Positions 24,580-38,016 are shown, numbered from the stretch's first letter. The stretch is DNA of 64,000 nt from Octopus bimaculoides (GCF_001194135.2 NC_069001.1:21618810-21682809), one strand, 5' to 3'. The notes: generated by a model from the letters alone, not told the origin. Made by a program: numbers and translations.

Positions 24580-25800
24580 TACACCATTTCCAAAACTTCC
24601 GTTGTTTTTCTCAATATTTCGGTCAATATACACAACTCCACTCTCGCTGCCTCCATCCACTAAAAACACACCGACTCACACTCATACCTCAACTTCTCCT
24701 CCTCCCATCTTACCCACACCAAGCTCTCCATCCCCTACTCTCAATTCCTCCGTCTGCACAGGCTCTGCAGTGACAACCATGACTTTGAGACTTAGTCTCA
24801 ACTCATGGCGCACCACTTCATTCTTTGTGGATATCCCCTCACAACTATCCATACCGCCCTTGCCAGAGCACTTCCGTGGACCGTACCTCTGCTATCGCTC
24901 CTTGCACTCGTCCCGCCGTTGCCTGTCTCACATTTTCCCTCATCTACCACCCTTCCAACGTGCCCCTCCAACGTACCATTCTCCGAAACTTCCGGCGACT
25001 CCAGTTCGACCCCTTCCACTTAGTACATCTTTCCAAACCTACCTCTTCCCTCCTTCAAACGAGCCCACAACCTACGTGACCTCCTGGTTCACAGTTTCTT
25101 CCCTAATCCCACCACTCAAACTTGTTCGTTCATCTGCTCCCGCACACACTGCCGCACTTACTCCTAACTCTACAACATCACCATCGTCAGAGGCACCCAT
25201 CATTGTCCCTCTCATACCACTGACTCCTTTACTTGCACTTCTAGGAACGTCATTTACTGCATCTCCTGCTCTTTCTGTCCTCTTCTGTACATCGGTCAAA
25301 CAGGACGATGCTTGGCTGACCAATTCGCGGAGCACCGAGACATTAGACTCGGCAATGACAACCCGGTATCGCACCATTTCCGCTCTACCGGTCATTCATT
25401 ACAACACTTGTCTTTGGTCGGATTGTTTTTGAACAGGGACCATCCGGACTCTCGCCTTCGCCATGAACAGAAATTAATCGTCTCTCTTCGCTCCTTTGCG
25501 TCACATGGGCTCAACTCCTCTCTCCTCTTCATCTAACTCCCCTCCTCTCCTCTCTTCATCTGACACCTACTTCCTCTCTTCACTCCTACGCACCACTACT
25601 CTCCTCTCTTGCCCTGACACCTACTTCCTCTCTTCACTCCTACCCACCTTCTCCCTTCATTGCTACTCCATCTATCTACACCCGCCCTCACATACCTATA
25701 CCCCAACACCACCACACCACCACATCACACCACCCAAAACCCCTCCGCACACACTAGCACCGAACACTTCCCAACACCGAAAGCGAGTGCGGTCCATGTC
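24580..25800 (+). mobile_element. Penelope-like retroelement (Neptune-like): RT C-terminus, GIY-YIG endonuclease, pyrimidine-rich 3' UTR
   Basis: TDSHSYLNFSSSH..HTKLSIPYSQFLRLHRLCS, then FTCTSRNVIYCISCSFCPLLYIGQTGRCLADQFAEH; stops and frameshifts present. Confidence 0.9.
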
Positions 25801-25836
25801 ATCTACCTCCGGCAACTAAACTTTGTTGATTGATAA

Positions 25837-27940
25837 GGCTGGGCAACAAAATTAAATATATTAAACTCATAATGAATGCAGACCAACTTTTTTCGACTAA
25901 GTTTTCATGTTGATTTTAAAATTTCACTCCATTTGCATGCAGCAGGCTTCAGTTTTTCAGTAGATACATGCAAACATTTACATATTTGAATATATGAAAT
26001 CATTAACGTAATAAACAAGGACATATTAATTTTAGAAAGCAAATGAGTTTATGGAGTTAAAACTCATCAGTATCATTCTACAAAGAGTAAATACACAAAA
26101 AAAAACGGGACAGACAAAACATAAAAATCCAGTGAACTCTCAATGACATGCGATAACCCATTGCCGAGTAACATATCAGAAGATTTTTGATGCCATACTT
26201 GTAGTCCATTGCCTTCTTGTTGCCCAAGAAATACTCACAGATGCAACTGAAAGCATTCCAGGCAGGCAGTTCCAATTCATTCAGTGTTGTCTTGAAGTTG
26301 ACATCTTTGACTACTTCTCTAATTTGGGGTCCGACAAAGATACCCTCTTTCAACTTCGCCTGTGTGATTTTGGGAAACTTTTCCTCTGGCCTTTCTCTTT
26401 CCTAGTGTCTTTACAAACTGTTTCATCAGTTCAAGCTTTATGTGAAAAGGGGGCAAGAGGACATTACATGCATCTACAAGAGGTTATTCCTGACGATAGA
26501 TAGTCCTGGCTGGTATGATGTTCTTGTCTGCAGTTTGATTCCAAATATTGTCTGTCAATTGCCCGACTATCCCATAGACACCAGGATCAACAGTATCTTG
26601 TGGAACCTGACTGCATTCCCATTAACATTTCTATGACTTTTAAATCTCCACATATTTTCCATGAGTATCTTTCAGAGGCAATAGCATGAAATAAAAGTTC
26701 CATATCCTCATATAATTCATGAAGATGATCGGCGTTTGCAATTGGAATGAGGGGGGGGGGCTTCAAATTACCATTATGGAGAATTACAGCTTTTAATCTT
26801 CGTTTTGAAGAGTCAATAAACAAACGCCACTCTGTAGAATCATGATTTTGTGATAAACATTCGAAAAGTCCATCGATTATACTGCAAATGCAAAGCGGGA
26901 CTTCAACAGAAAGCACCTTTGTAGAACCACATTTTTATGTCGAAGGTTATACGAACACCATGCTTTAGCAGATACTTCTCCTTCAGTCTTCATGCCAACA
27001 GTTCTGCTTTGTTTTTTGAGAGGGATAAGTCTCTGACAAGGTCATTCAGTTCAGCATGGGAACATTTCTCAGGTTCAAAGCTATCATCATCAGCCACGTA
27101 ATCTTCTTCAGCAGCACTATCGTGATAGTCAGCATCTTCATCTGATGTTTCAATACCATCATCTGGTGGAACTGGAATTGGCAAACTTCCATTGGGAGGC
27201 ACAGGTCTCATTGCAGAATCCAAATTGGTATACTCAATTTTGTGTTTATTCTTAATAAACAAATCCTGTGACATTTACTTTGCAAAAATAACAGTCACTA
27301 AAATGGTCTTTCAGCTCCCTTCATATCATTGGAATGGCAAAAGGCATGGACTTCTTCTTACGTAAGCCATTTGAGCAAGCTGAGCAGATAAAGTGTGGTG
27401 CCCATAACTTGTCCTAATCTCCAAGAAGACAGTCAAAGTATAGCTTATAAATCTTCTAGATCTCTGGTATTATTGTACATTTTTGAGCTTTCACAATAAA
27501 TTGTCCACAAACATAGCTAAATACACCAGGAATATTTCTACACTGTCTTGACATTGTTAAAACTGTAAAACAAGTAAGGAAATAGATACAAACAGTTATA
27601 CTAATATTGAATTTGAGATGGTGAAATATTTCATCAGATCAATCATGAATGGACAATTTGAGATGTTAAAATACATAGTTCACCAGACAAAACTTGATTG
27701 GTTCATTTCATATGGTGAAATATTGAATCTGAACTATGCGGCAATGAATAATGTAGTTTATGTTAAGCGTATGTTTCCATGGTGTAAATGCGTATACGTC
27801 ATCAACTGGAAGTTCTATATAATGCATCTTGCAAACCGTACGTGATGTCAAAAAACTAATTGTATATTTGAAATCAGCATTAAAACCTACACTAAGCACA
27901 CCTTGACATATGCTTGATGAAAAATACTTGATGACCAGTG
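25837..27940 (-). mobile_element. Chapaev-3-like (CMC) DNA transposon, near full-length, degenerate, copy 2
   Basis: N-terminal Cys/His region (YVCGQ..GD*DKLWAPHFICSAC..MPFAIPMI), HAELNDLVRDLSLSKNKAELLA, EWRLFIDSSKRRLKAVILHNGN, WKICGDLKVI, KEGIFVGPQIR; imperfect termini ctgggcaacaa (25839) and ttgatgaccagtg (ending 27940). Confidence 0.75.
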
Positions 27941-28212
27941 TAATAAGGTGTATGCTATGTTGTTATGCAGAGCTGTTATGGATAATTTTTATTGATTCAA
28001 TTTTTGGTTGTGTTATTGGTCAGACTTTTTTCAGGCTTGTACAACTTTATAATCAGATGTGCCAACTCCAAGTCATATAAGTTCACAAAAGAATGTAATT
28101 TTTAGGAAAGTGTATATTGGTTAGGATGTGTTACTAGGCTTTGTTGTTGGTTTTATTTCGATACTAATGAGATATCTAACCTTTTGTTTTGAGAATGTGG
28201 ATACCCATTAAC

Positions 28213-28372
28213 ACAGGCGTACCTGTGTGGTAAGAAGCGTGTTTCCCAACCACAGGGTTCGGGATTCAGTCCCACTGTGTGGCACTTTGGGCAAATGTCT
28301 TCCTCTATAGCCTCGGGCCGACCAAAGCCTTATGAGTGAATTTGGTAGACGGAAACTGAAAGACGCCCGTTG
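28213..28372 (+). mobile_element. tRNA-derived SINE family B, near complete
   Basis: tgtggtaagaag head, ggattcagtcc B-box-like motif, body ending gtagacggaaactgaaagacgcccg, then microsatellite. Confidence 0.85.
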
Positions 28373-28744
28373 TGTGTGAGTGTATATATATATATATATA
28401 TATNNNNNNNNNNNNNNNNNNNNNNNNNNNNNNNNNNNNNNNNNNNNNNNNNNNNNNNNNNNNNNNNNNNNNNNNNNNNNNNNNNNNNNNNNNNNNNNNN
28501 NNNNNNNNNNNNNNNNNNNNNNNNNNNNNNNNNNNNNNNNNNNNNNNNNNNNNNNNNNNNNNNNNNNNNNNNNNNNNNNNNNNNNNNNNNNNNNNNNNNN
28601 NNNNNNNNNNNNNNNNNNNNNNNNNNNNNNNNNNNNNNNNNNNNNNNNNNNNNNNNNNNNNNNNNNNNNNNNNNNNNNNNNNNNNNNNNNNNNNNNNNNN
28701 NNNNNNNNNNNNNNNNNNNNAAACAAGAAGAAAGAGTGAGAGAA

Positions 28745-28912
28745 AGTTTTGGTGAAAGAGTACAGCAAGGTTCGCCACCACCCCCTACCGGAGCCTCGTG
28801 GAGCTTTAGGCTTTTTCGCTCAGTAAATACTCACAACGCCCGGTCTGGGAATCGAAACCGCGATCCTATGACCGCGAGTCCACTGCCCTAACCACTGTGC
28901 CATTGCGCCTCC
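28745..28912 (-). mobile_element. tRNA-derived SINE family D
   Basis: Minus strand ggaggcgcaatggcacagtggttagggcagtggactcgcggtcataggatcgcggtttcgattccc contains A-box and B-box (GGTTTCGATTCC); no full cloverleaf and a non-tRNA body. Confidence 0.8.
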
Positions 28913-28937
28913 ACATATATATATATATATATATGTG

Positions 28938-28970
<33 letters not shown>

Positions 28971-30486
28971 AACACTGCTATCGCTTGACAACCGATGCCG
29001 GTGTGTCTATGTCCTTGTAACGTAACGGTTCGGCAATAGAGAGCGATATTATAAGCGCTAGGGTGGTGGTTATCAGTTAAGTCTGTCATGATGTTATTTC
29101 TATGAGATATTTGTTAATCTTATACTTTAATGTTCACATGAGGAGTTTTGTTGAAAACTGTGGAACTCTTCGCTAATTCCTGCTAAACTAAATTGTAAGC
29201 AAGTAACGCTTTGAACAACGATGCCCACATAATATATATATATATGCCGACGTTTATTTTGCGTTTTCTCCTCACGGAGTCGATAAAATGAAGTACTGGT
29301 GAAGAAATGCGATGGGCGTAATCGACTTGTCTCTCGTCTTAAAATTGTTGGCCTTGTGCCAATATTAGAAAGAAATATTTATTATTTTTTATACATGAAC
29401 GACTATTATGAGTAAGTAAGCATTTATTTGCATATGTTAATTCGCATCCAACCACATTTTAGATGCGTATACGTGTTCTATAGTATATAGATATATTATT
29501 ATACAACTGCAGTAGATGTTAAGTACATAATATACAAACTAAATATTGTTTGCGAACTGCAGTTTTCTTCTCCATTAGAGAACTAAATAAAAAGAGAAAA
29601 CTTACAAAACACAGATGTAAATTCAAGAAATCATGAATTCATTTGCTGAAAATTTAATTTTCCAACGAAGAAAATTAGGATCCGTATTAGCATTCTGCAT
29701 GACGACTACTAACGACGACAAAGCGTACGATTTCTTTCTCAAACATGCTTTGATCAGACGACAGATATTTTTTATATGTAGAAAGGTACGTAATTTCTCC
29801 AAATTCACTTATATATCATTTACAAAAGAGAACTGAGTGAAATAATTTACGTACTTCGAAAATATTTATTCAGAAAATTCAGGCAGATGGTTACATACCG
29901 AATAACGAAAGTCAAAATGTTCTGCTTAGGTTTATGCAATTTTTCATAATAAGAAAGCTATTGTTATAATTATGGTGAAAAATATTTGTAGTATTCTCCT
30001 TGAGCATATGGTCAAGCTTGAAACAGCATACTTCGTTGACGAGATCTATAATATCCAAAATATGCACATAGCAGCTAACTTGACGAGAAATATCATTAGG
30101 TTTAAATGTTAATCGGGAATTTGAAGTTTCTGAAAATGAAGTCTCGATTAAAAGAATGTGAATCCCCATCTCTTTCAGAATCGTGAACCATTTTTTAGGT
30201 TTGACTTTATATCTTTTGTTGAGAACTAAGAATCAGTTCCTTATATTCTACGTATGAAATTCAGAATATCACTAATTTTCTGAATTACATCAGTTATAAT
30301 ATATATATAGTAATGTAGAACGAGGCTTCTGAAGCTGCTCATATTAGTTGGATTAATTAACCATATTATTTGCCGCGAGAGTGAACATGTATGTAAGAAT
30401 ATGTGTAGGTGAGAATACATGTGGGCTGATGCTCTCACTGCTCAGGCGTATGTGTGACTCAGTGTCTGTGAATCTCTCTCTCTCTA

Positions 30487-30522
<36 letters not shown>

Positions 30523-30594
30523 CCTATCTATCTGCCTATCTATGTATCTGCTACTGTATATATCTGTTGTCAATATACCCGCCGTGTTATACCC

Positions 30595-30780
30595 GGCGGC
30601 GAGCTGATAGAATCGTTAGCACGCCGGGCAAGGTGTTTAGCAGCATTTCGTCTGTCTCTACCTTCTAAGTTCAAATTCCGCCGAGGCTGACTTTGCCTTC
30701 CTTCAATTCGGTAACGATAAAACAAAGCACTGGGGTCGATTTAATCGCCCAAAATTGCTGGCCTTGCGCCAAACTCTGAA
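30595..30780 (+). mobile_element. SINE family A
   Basis: ggcggcgagctg head through ...gccttgcgccaaa tail. Confidence 0.85.
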
Positions 30781-31246
30781 AGCTGTATATGTGTTGGTGC
30801 ACGTGTAAGGGTCCAGCCAAGTGTTGCCGTTTTTTTCATTTATATGTAGAGACGATGAGTGTGCGTTTGTTCGAGTGCGCACGCTTGTATGAATGTCTCT
30901 GTATATCGATGATGCATTTCCTGAACTTTTTGACAAGATCATTGACCTAAGCAAAACATTCAAAGTTTCTGATTTACGATGCCTAATAAACTTCACTTTA
31001 TTCTTTTATAATCTTATTCCTTCTTCCGTTCTAATTTCACTTGATACTAAAGTGTCATCCATATTATCTATCTCTCTCCTAATTTCAGTCCCTCATGCCT
31101 CTTCACTTTCTCCCCCTCTCTCTTTCTCTCTCTCTCTTTCTCTCTCTCTCTTTCTCTCTCTCTCTCTTTCTCTCTCTCACTCTCTCTTCCAAACAACTAT
31201 ACTCGCACACTCCCGTCATACACACACGCATATATTGTTATGTGTA

Positions 31247-31291
<45 letters not shown>

Positions 31292-31519
31292 CTATGAAAG
31301 CATATATACACACGCATGCATGTGTGCATATCACATACATACACATATGATACGTGTTCATAAATACACACACATAATTACATACAGTTTCGCAGGAGTT
31401 CATTTAGAGACAGTGGGCTTCATGAATCTCCGTTTGCATTTTCTCATGAAGTTCCGTTTAAGCTCACACTCACTGGCATAAACATCAGATTTTCACTTCT
31501 CTGCACACATGTCTTATAT

Positions 31520-31900
31520 AATTGGGTAAGTTGAAGGGTGGAGAAATTGACAGACAAGGGAATAGAGTGGGGGAAATAGAAGGAAGAAAGGGATTGAAAG
31601 AAAGTATGGGTGAGAGAAGAAAAGAGAGGGTGGAGGAAAGACGAAAATGTGAGAAGAGAGAGAAGATGAAAGAGAAAAAAGAAGGGCAAAAAATAAAACG
31701 GAGACGTAGAAAGAAAATGAGAAGATAAAGAAGGAAAAGAAAGAAACAGGAAAAAAATGGGAGCCAGAAAGATGAGGAAAGAGTAACAAGAAAAGAAAAA
31801 CGGGCAGGTAGAGGAGTGAATTTCGATGAGTGAGAGTGAGAGAAATGGAGGGAAAAAAGATTGGGCAGAGGAATGGGAATATAAGGGGAATCACAACCAG
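31520..31900. repeat. Purine-rich (GA-rich) low-complexity tract
   Basis: Direct reading; its ORFs are compositional artefacts. Confidence 0.85.
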
Positions 31901-32930
31901 TGAAAGCACTAATGTTGCACTAGATCCTGCAAAGTGTGAAGGGTATATGTGTTCTAGAGTGACGGTGTACAAACTCCTGAGTATGTATTTTTTTCTTAAT
32001 TGCTGTGACAACGTATTTCGATTTGCAACAATAACATACTACCAAGTATATTAAAAAATTATAAGTCAATACTATGCTTCTGCAGATTGTATATAGAATT
32101 TAGAGCCAGCACAGAAAGTTATGGCGTTTCGCACGTGAATATATCTAGGTAAACAATGCGATCGAAGACAGAAACATAGGTAATGAGTGTGTTTCGGGAG
32201 ATATTGCTCCTTCATTTTCCGCATTTAAAAAAATTTTCCTTCTCTTCTTCCATCTATTACCTATACTTTCTCTTCCCTAACCTCGACCCCCCATTTTAAG
32301 TTATATCTTCATACTCTCGGTCTCAGAAACCATTGTTCCATTAACTGTAATTTTGTTCCTATTTCTGTTGATGTTACCATGCTCTTAAATTCAGGGTTGA
32401 TTCTCACAATTTGCATTTTGTCACTCTGAAACGAAAATTAGGTGTGTCAAAACGCATCACGTTTGAATATATTAAATGTTTATATTCATGTATCTATAAT
32501 AATTTGTAGCCATTTCTTGTATAATATTACAATAACNNNNNNNNNNNNNNNNNNNNNNNNNNNNNNNNNNNNNNNNNNNNNNNNNNNNNNNNNNNNNNNN
32601 NNNNNNNNNNNNNNNNNNNNNNNNNNNNNNNNNNNNNNNNNNNNNNNNNNNNNNNNNNNNNNNNNNNNNNNNNNNNNNNNNNNNNNNNNNNNNNNNNNNN
32701 NNNNNNNNNNNNNNNNNNNNNNNNNNNNNNNNNNNNNNNNNNNNNNNNNNNNNNNNNNNNNNNNNNNNNNNNNNNNNNNNNNNNNNNNNNNNNNNNNNNN
32801 NNNNNNNNNNNNNNNNNNNNNNNNNNNNNNNNNNNNNNNNNNNNNNNNNNNNNNNNNNNNNNNNNNNNNNNNNNNNNNNNNNNNNNNNNNNNNNNNNNNN
32901 NNNNNNNNNNNNNNNNNNNNNNNNNNNNNN

Positions 32931-32988
<58 letters not shown>

Positions 32989-33198
32989 CAAACTTTTGAA
33001 CATTGAAAATCAATATTGGGAGACGATTGGGTTGGCCTGATGCATAAATGGAATGTGCAGGATTCAAGCGTTTATGTGTGTTCTCTGAAACCGTCAATTT
33101 TTATCAAAAGCTGGATCCGTTTGTTTCGAACTGTGATATGTCAGGGAACAACAGCAAGAGTCATATAGCAACACTCTCTCCACGTGTCCAATATAATA

Positions 33199-33343
33199 GG
33201 CGCAGGCGTAGCTGCGCGGCAAGAAGCTTGCTTCCTAACCACCTCGGTCCGGTTTAAGGCCTACTGTATGGTACTGTATAGACTTAGGTCGACCAGAGCC
33301 TTGTGAGTGGATTTGGCTAATGGAAACTGAAAATAGCCCGTCG
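33199..33343 (+). mobile_element. SINE family B, degenerate
   Basis: ggcgcaggcgtagctgcgcggcaagaagcttgcttcc...ttgtgagtggatttggc..ggaaactgaaaatagcccgtcg. Confidence 0.8.
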
Positions 33344-33531
33344 TATATATATAAGTATATACGATTCAAGAATCAACTTGTCATTGAAAGAACTGACCAG
33401 CAGTAAACGCAATTTTATTCTTTCTTCTTTCACCTTTCCTTTTCTTTCCCATTGACGCTCCTTTCAGATACACAGACACACATGTACGCGCACGCACATG
33501 CACACACGCACCAACACAAACACACACACAC

Positions 33532-33567
<36 letters not shown>

Positions 33568-33824
33568 CCCCCCCATTCCTCACTCTCGTTTACTATCCTA
33601 TATATCTTTCTCCACCCCTACACATTCAATAATACTATAAAAAGAGAAATTCTCTGAATAAAAATTAAACCTGGAGAATCTACAAGAATAGATGCAAGCG
33701 CTAATTTATAAAAACACGTGACATATTAATAAAGATCTGTAAATGTATAACCATCCAAATATCTGAGTACCTTATTATCTTTTCTAATACATACATATNN
33801 NNNNNNNNNNNNNNNNNNNNNNNN

Positions 33825-33927
33825 GATGTTACTGTTGCTTTTAGCCCCAGGAGAACAGGACACAGATATGTGTCGATAAGCCAGCTGGAGGAGATGTTCT
33901 CCTGGGGCTAAAAGCAACAGTAACATC
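33825..33927. repeat. Perfect 33-bp inverted repeat with 37-nt loop
   Basis: gatgttactgttgcttttagccccaggagaaca (33825-33857) and its exact reverse complement (33895-33927). Confidence 0.95.
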
Positions 33928-34222
33928 CACCCTTAGGGGTCAGCCACATTTAAATGGCAAATATACTTCACTATATATATATACATAATCATGTACATAA
34001 TTCAATTTCCAACATGGATGCATACACCCTAAAAGGAGTCAGCGTATGAATATATGAATATATGATATAAGTATAGTTTGATATTTATGAGATGCATAAT
34101 ATCTCAAAAAGCCATACGTGTGCATACAATGACATCATATGTAATTCGCATATATACGATCGTAAACACATATATTAATAGCTTCAAATATCCACACCAG
34201 AAATATAAGGATGTGATACTTG

Positions 34223-34515
34223 TGAGGTAATATTCATCCTCACTTAAACGTGGATGCTCTGTTAGGACAAACTATACTGCGGTAGATACCATGAGAGAAA
34301 CTCTTATATTGGCTTTTGTCGCAAAATATACTCTTGTTTATATCACAAGTGAGGAGATAAATCTCCGCCATCTCCAGCGCTGAGACCACCAAATCACGTG
34401 ATTTCGACCTTCCATGTTCTTGTCAAAGATCGACGCGCGACCGCAAATTTAGCAGCGGCTCATCTCCCCGTAAGCGATATATAGAAAAACAGTGCCAGAA
34501 AGGTGCTGGCGTCCC
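34223..34515 (+). repeat. Unclassified dispersed repeat X, copy 1
   Basis: Shared core catgagagaaactc..atattggctttt..gcaaaatatac..gagaccacca; other copies at 41516-41780, 52560-52865 (-) and 60654-60950. Confidence 0.75.
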
Positions 34516-37096
34516 AATTTTCCAGTAAGCTTATTAAAAAATGATACTTATTTAAACGCAATTACTTTAAAATCATGATGCTATGAGAGATGTCTTAAAT
34601 AACATCACGTTTTCATATAAACATACTACATACGCGGAAATATACGTATTTTCATGTGCTATATCGCTAATACCCATGCACTCAACATGCACACGTTTAA
34701 TATCATATGCACAAGTACAAACATTAATAAATTGAAATTTAAAAAATGGAATTACATTGATATCATACACACAGATATATGTAAATAAACACTAGGAATC
34801 ATTAAAGATACAAAGAAATATCCGCACTTGTACGTAAAAATTTATGCGATGTTACATAATAGTTGTGACAGCGATAGAAATATCCTGGCGCCATTTCTAA
34901 TTTTCACGATTAAGCAAACGACTCTTTGATCCACAGATTTCTTGCGTTGGAGTTTTTTTTTAAATATTTAACTCGAGTATTTATTTATTTTTTGGGCTGT
35001 CTTTCATTTTTGAAAACATTGAATTAGAATCTGATTAGAAAGAATTGCTAATCAGCTATGATTAGAGTGTGGTATAAATTTGTTGATAGACTTTTTCTTT
35101 ATAATAAAGCCGTCTTTTATAAGTTGGTTCGTTTACATGCTAACGATTGCAGTCACACGCTCACATACAAACATTGGCATACATATGCGTATTGATGTAT
35201 ACATGTGAGCGTGTGCGTGTGTGTGTGTGTGTGTGCGCGTGTGTGTATGTGTGTGCGTGTGTGTGTGCTTGTGTATGAGTGTATGAGTGCATATCAAGAT
35301 TTTTGTAGAGCCTTCTTGTATGAAATAAAATCAGAAAGAACAAAAATATACATACTAAAGAGACCACAATCCTTCGAAAATACAGCCATTATCATTACTG
35401 TTATCATACTCCGAATGATGATGATTATCATAAAAATCATCAATCGTCATTATTATAGCAAGAAAATGGTAGTTGTGACTACAGCGATATCAACGCATTT
35501 GAAAAGAAGACATTTTCAGCATGACGTCAATAACTTAAATACCACGTAAAAACGTACAATGTCTATATTAAGAAATGCTCTCAAATATTGTCGCTGTCCA
35601 AGACATCGCCGACGTCATCTTCGTCATCATCATCATGACCACCATCATCGTAATCATTATTATCAACCTTACACCAGCCACAACCTTCCTACACACACAA
35701 TATTTTTAGCAGAATCATGAACAACAATAACGACAGCAAAATCATCGGTAAAAAAAAAATCATTTTTTTTCTTAGATGCAAGAAATAAAAAAAGAAAATG
35801 AGAAATGTAACAGATTTTCAGACAATATTTACTTGAGAACCTAGCATATAAACAATCATTTTCATATAACCTCCACATCGCCAACACGAACAACAAAGCC
35901 ATTTATTCTGAATTAGTATAATTGATGACTGTGAATCCAAAACGAAGAAAAAGGCCAACAAAAGAATAAAAACAAATTTGAATTGAAAACATAAATTTAT
36001 ATGTGTGTGTGTGTGTGTGTGCGTGGGTACATATACATATTTTATGCACACACGCATATACATATAAGTGTACATACAAGTCTCTATATATTTACACACA
36101 AGTATGTATTCAAGAGATTTGAAAGTAAGTAGAGCCATGTTGGATATCGTAGTATCTAGCAGTAGCATGATATACATTTTTAGGCACCTTCATCTCATCG
36201 ACGAAAATCGAATTGTCTCAATTATAACCCTTGTTTCACCATGGTTATAAGAGAAGATTTGAAAGACGGAAATAAGAGTAATTCCTATATATTCGCTTGT
36301 TACTGAAACGATTCAATAGGATCGGAATTCGAAACAAATGTATTTGTTTATATAGCTATGCATCCTCATATATNNNNNNNNNNNNNNNNNNNNNNNNNNN
36401 NNNNNNNNNNNNNNNNNNNNNNNNNNNNNNNNNNNNNNNNNNNNNNNNNNNNNNNNNNNNNNNNNNNNNNNNNNNNNNNNNNNNNNNNNNNNNNNNNNNN
36501 NNNNNNNNNNNNNNNNNNNNNNNNNNNNNNNNNNNNNNNNNNNNNNNNNNNNNNNNNNNNNNNNNNNNNNNNNNNNNNNNNNNNNNNNNNNNNNNNNNNN
36601 NNNNNNNNNNNNNNNNNNNNNNNNNNNNNNNNNNNNNNNNNNNNNNNNNNNNNNNNNNNNNNNNNNNNNNNNNNNNNNNNNNNNNNNNNNNNNNNNNNNN
36701 NNNNNNNNNNNNNNNNNNNNNNNNNNNNNNNNNNNNNNNNNNNNNNNNNNNNNNNNNNNNNNNNNNNNNNNNNNNNNNNNNNNNNNNNNNNNNNNNNNNN
36801 NNNNNNNNNNNNNNNNNNNNNNNNNNNNNNNNNNNNNNNNNNNNNNNNNNNNNNNNNNNNNNNNNNNNNNNNNNNNNNNNNNNNNNNNNNNNNNNNNNNN
36901 NNNNNNNNNNNNNNNNNNNNNNNNNNNNNNNNNNNNNNNNNNNNNNNNNNNNNNNNNNNNNNNNNNNNNNNNNNNNNNNNNNNNNNNNNNNNNNNNNNNN
37001 NNNNNNNNNNNACTGTTGCTTTTTTCATTTTAATCTCCTTATTTTGAAATTGAATGGATAATACCGTAATAAATATCTGGTGCCTCAGATATTCAA

Positions 37097-37265
37097 GTTC
37101 TTAGTTCAAATTCCGCCGAGGTCGACTTTGCTTTTCATCTTTGTTCAGGTCGATAAATTAAGTACCAGTTACGCACTAGCGTCGATGTAATGGACTTAAT
37201 CTCTTTGTCTGTCCTTGTTTGTCCCCTCTATGTTTAGCCCTTTGTGGGCAATAAAGAAATAAGAA
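37097..37265 (+). mobile_element. SINE family A, 5'-truncated
   Basis: agttcaaattccgccgaggtcgactttgc...gggcaataaagaaataagaa. Confidence 0.85.
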
Positions 37266-37454
37266 TGACAGAGACAGAGTACACACACACACACACACGC
37301 GCGCGCGCAAACACACACACACATTCATTTGTTTAACTCACCGCATAGTCTAGGTTTTAAATACATTATAGCAAATAACTTCGAAAATCTGTTTGGGATA
37401 TTTGTTTCCAACAGATACACATATGTCAGACTATGCAAGCATGTATTGCTTCGG

Positions 37455-38005
37455 CTTCATGCCCTTGCTTGATGGAGTTCGGGTCATTCCAAGTTAGTTG
37501 TCCCAGAGGCGTCATCATGCCTAGAGCCGACCATATCCACAGTGCTCTCCATCGCTGGCGGTCCCCAGGCCAGCCCCTCTGCATCCTTTAAGATATCATC
37601 AATCCTCTGAAGATATTCCTCAATCATGTCCTGGCATCCGGTGCGGGGATGCCACAAGACCTCTTCGAGCCCATAGCTTCTGTGTCGAATAAGAATAAAG
37701 CCCCGGTAGGATGATCTAGCGGGAGACGGGAAACATGTCCGTACCAGCGCATGCGATGGATAGCTATGAGGTGGGAGGCTGCAGGTTGAAGCATGCGCAT
37801 AATAGTTCTTTGTTAGAAACATGATGGTAACATCCGATGTTCTCTATGGTTCTCAGGGCCGTGTTATTGAAGCCGTCGATCCTCTTTGCCATATTGACCC
37901 CAACGTCGTGGAGTTTGTCAGCTCCTTCATCTATCTGGGCTCCAAAGTTATAAACAATGGAGATTTGACGCCGGAGATCTAATGCAGATGTCGTCTGGTC
38001 GTTGG
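37455..38005 (-). mobile_element. RTE-clade LINE 3' end with an inverted 5' segment
   Basis: Minus strand 37860 to 37455: LRTIENI..HVSNKEL, RMRWYGHVSRLP, DRQRWR and a catcaagcaag-type tail; plus strand 37865-38005: VVEFVSSFIYLGSKV..GDLTPEI (upstream RT motif). Confidence 0.8.
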
Positions 38006-38016
38006 GGTCATGTACT

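Noticed and set aside
28845-28912. tRNA-like sequence with A and B boxes
   Set aside because: No complete cloverleaf and it continues into a SINE body; annotated as a SINE, not a tRNA gene.
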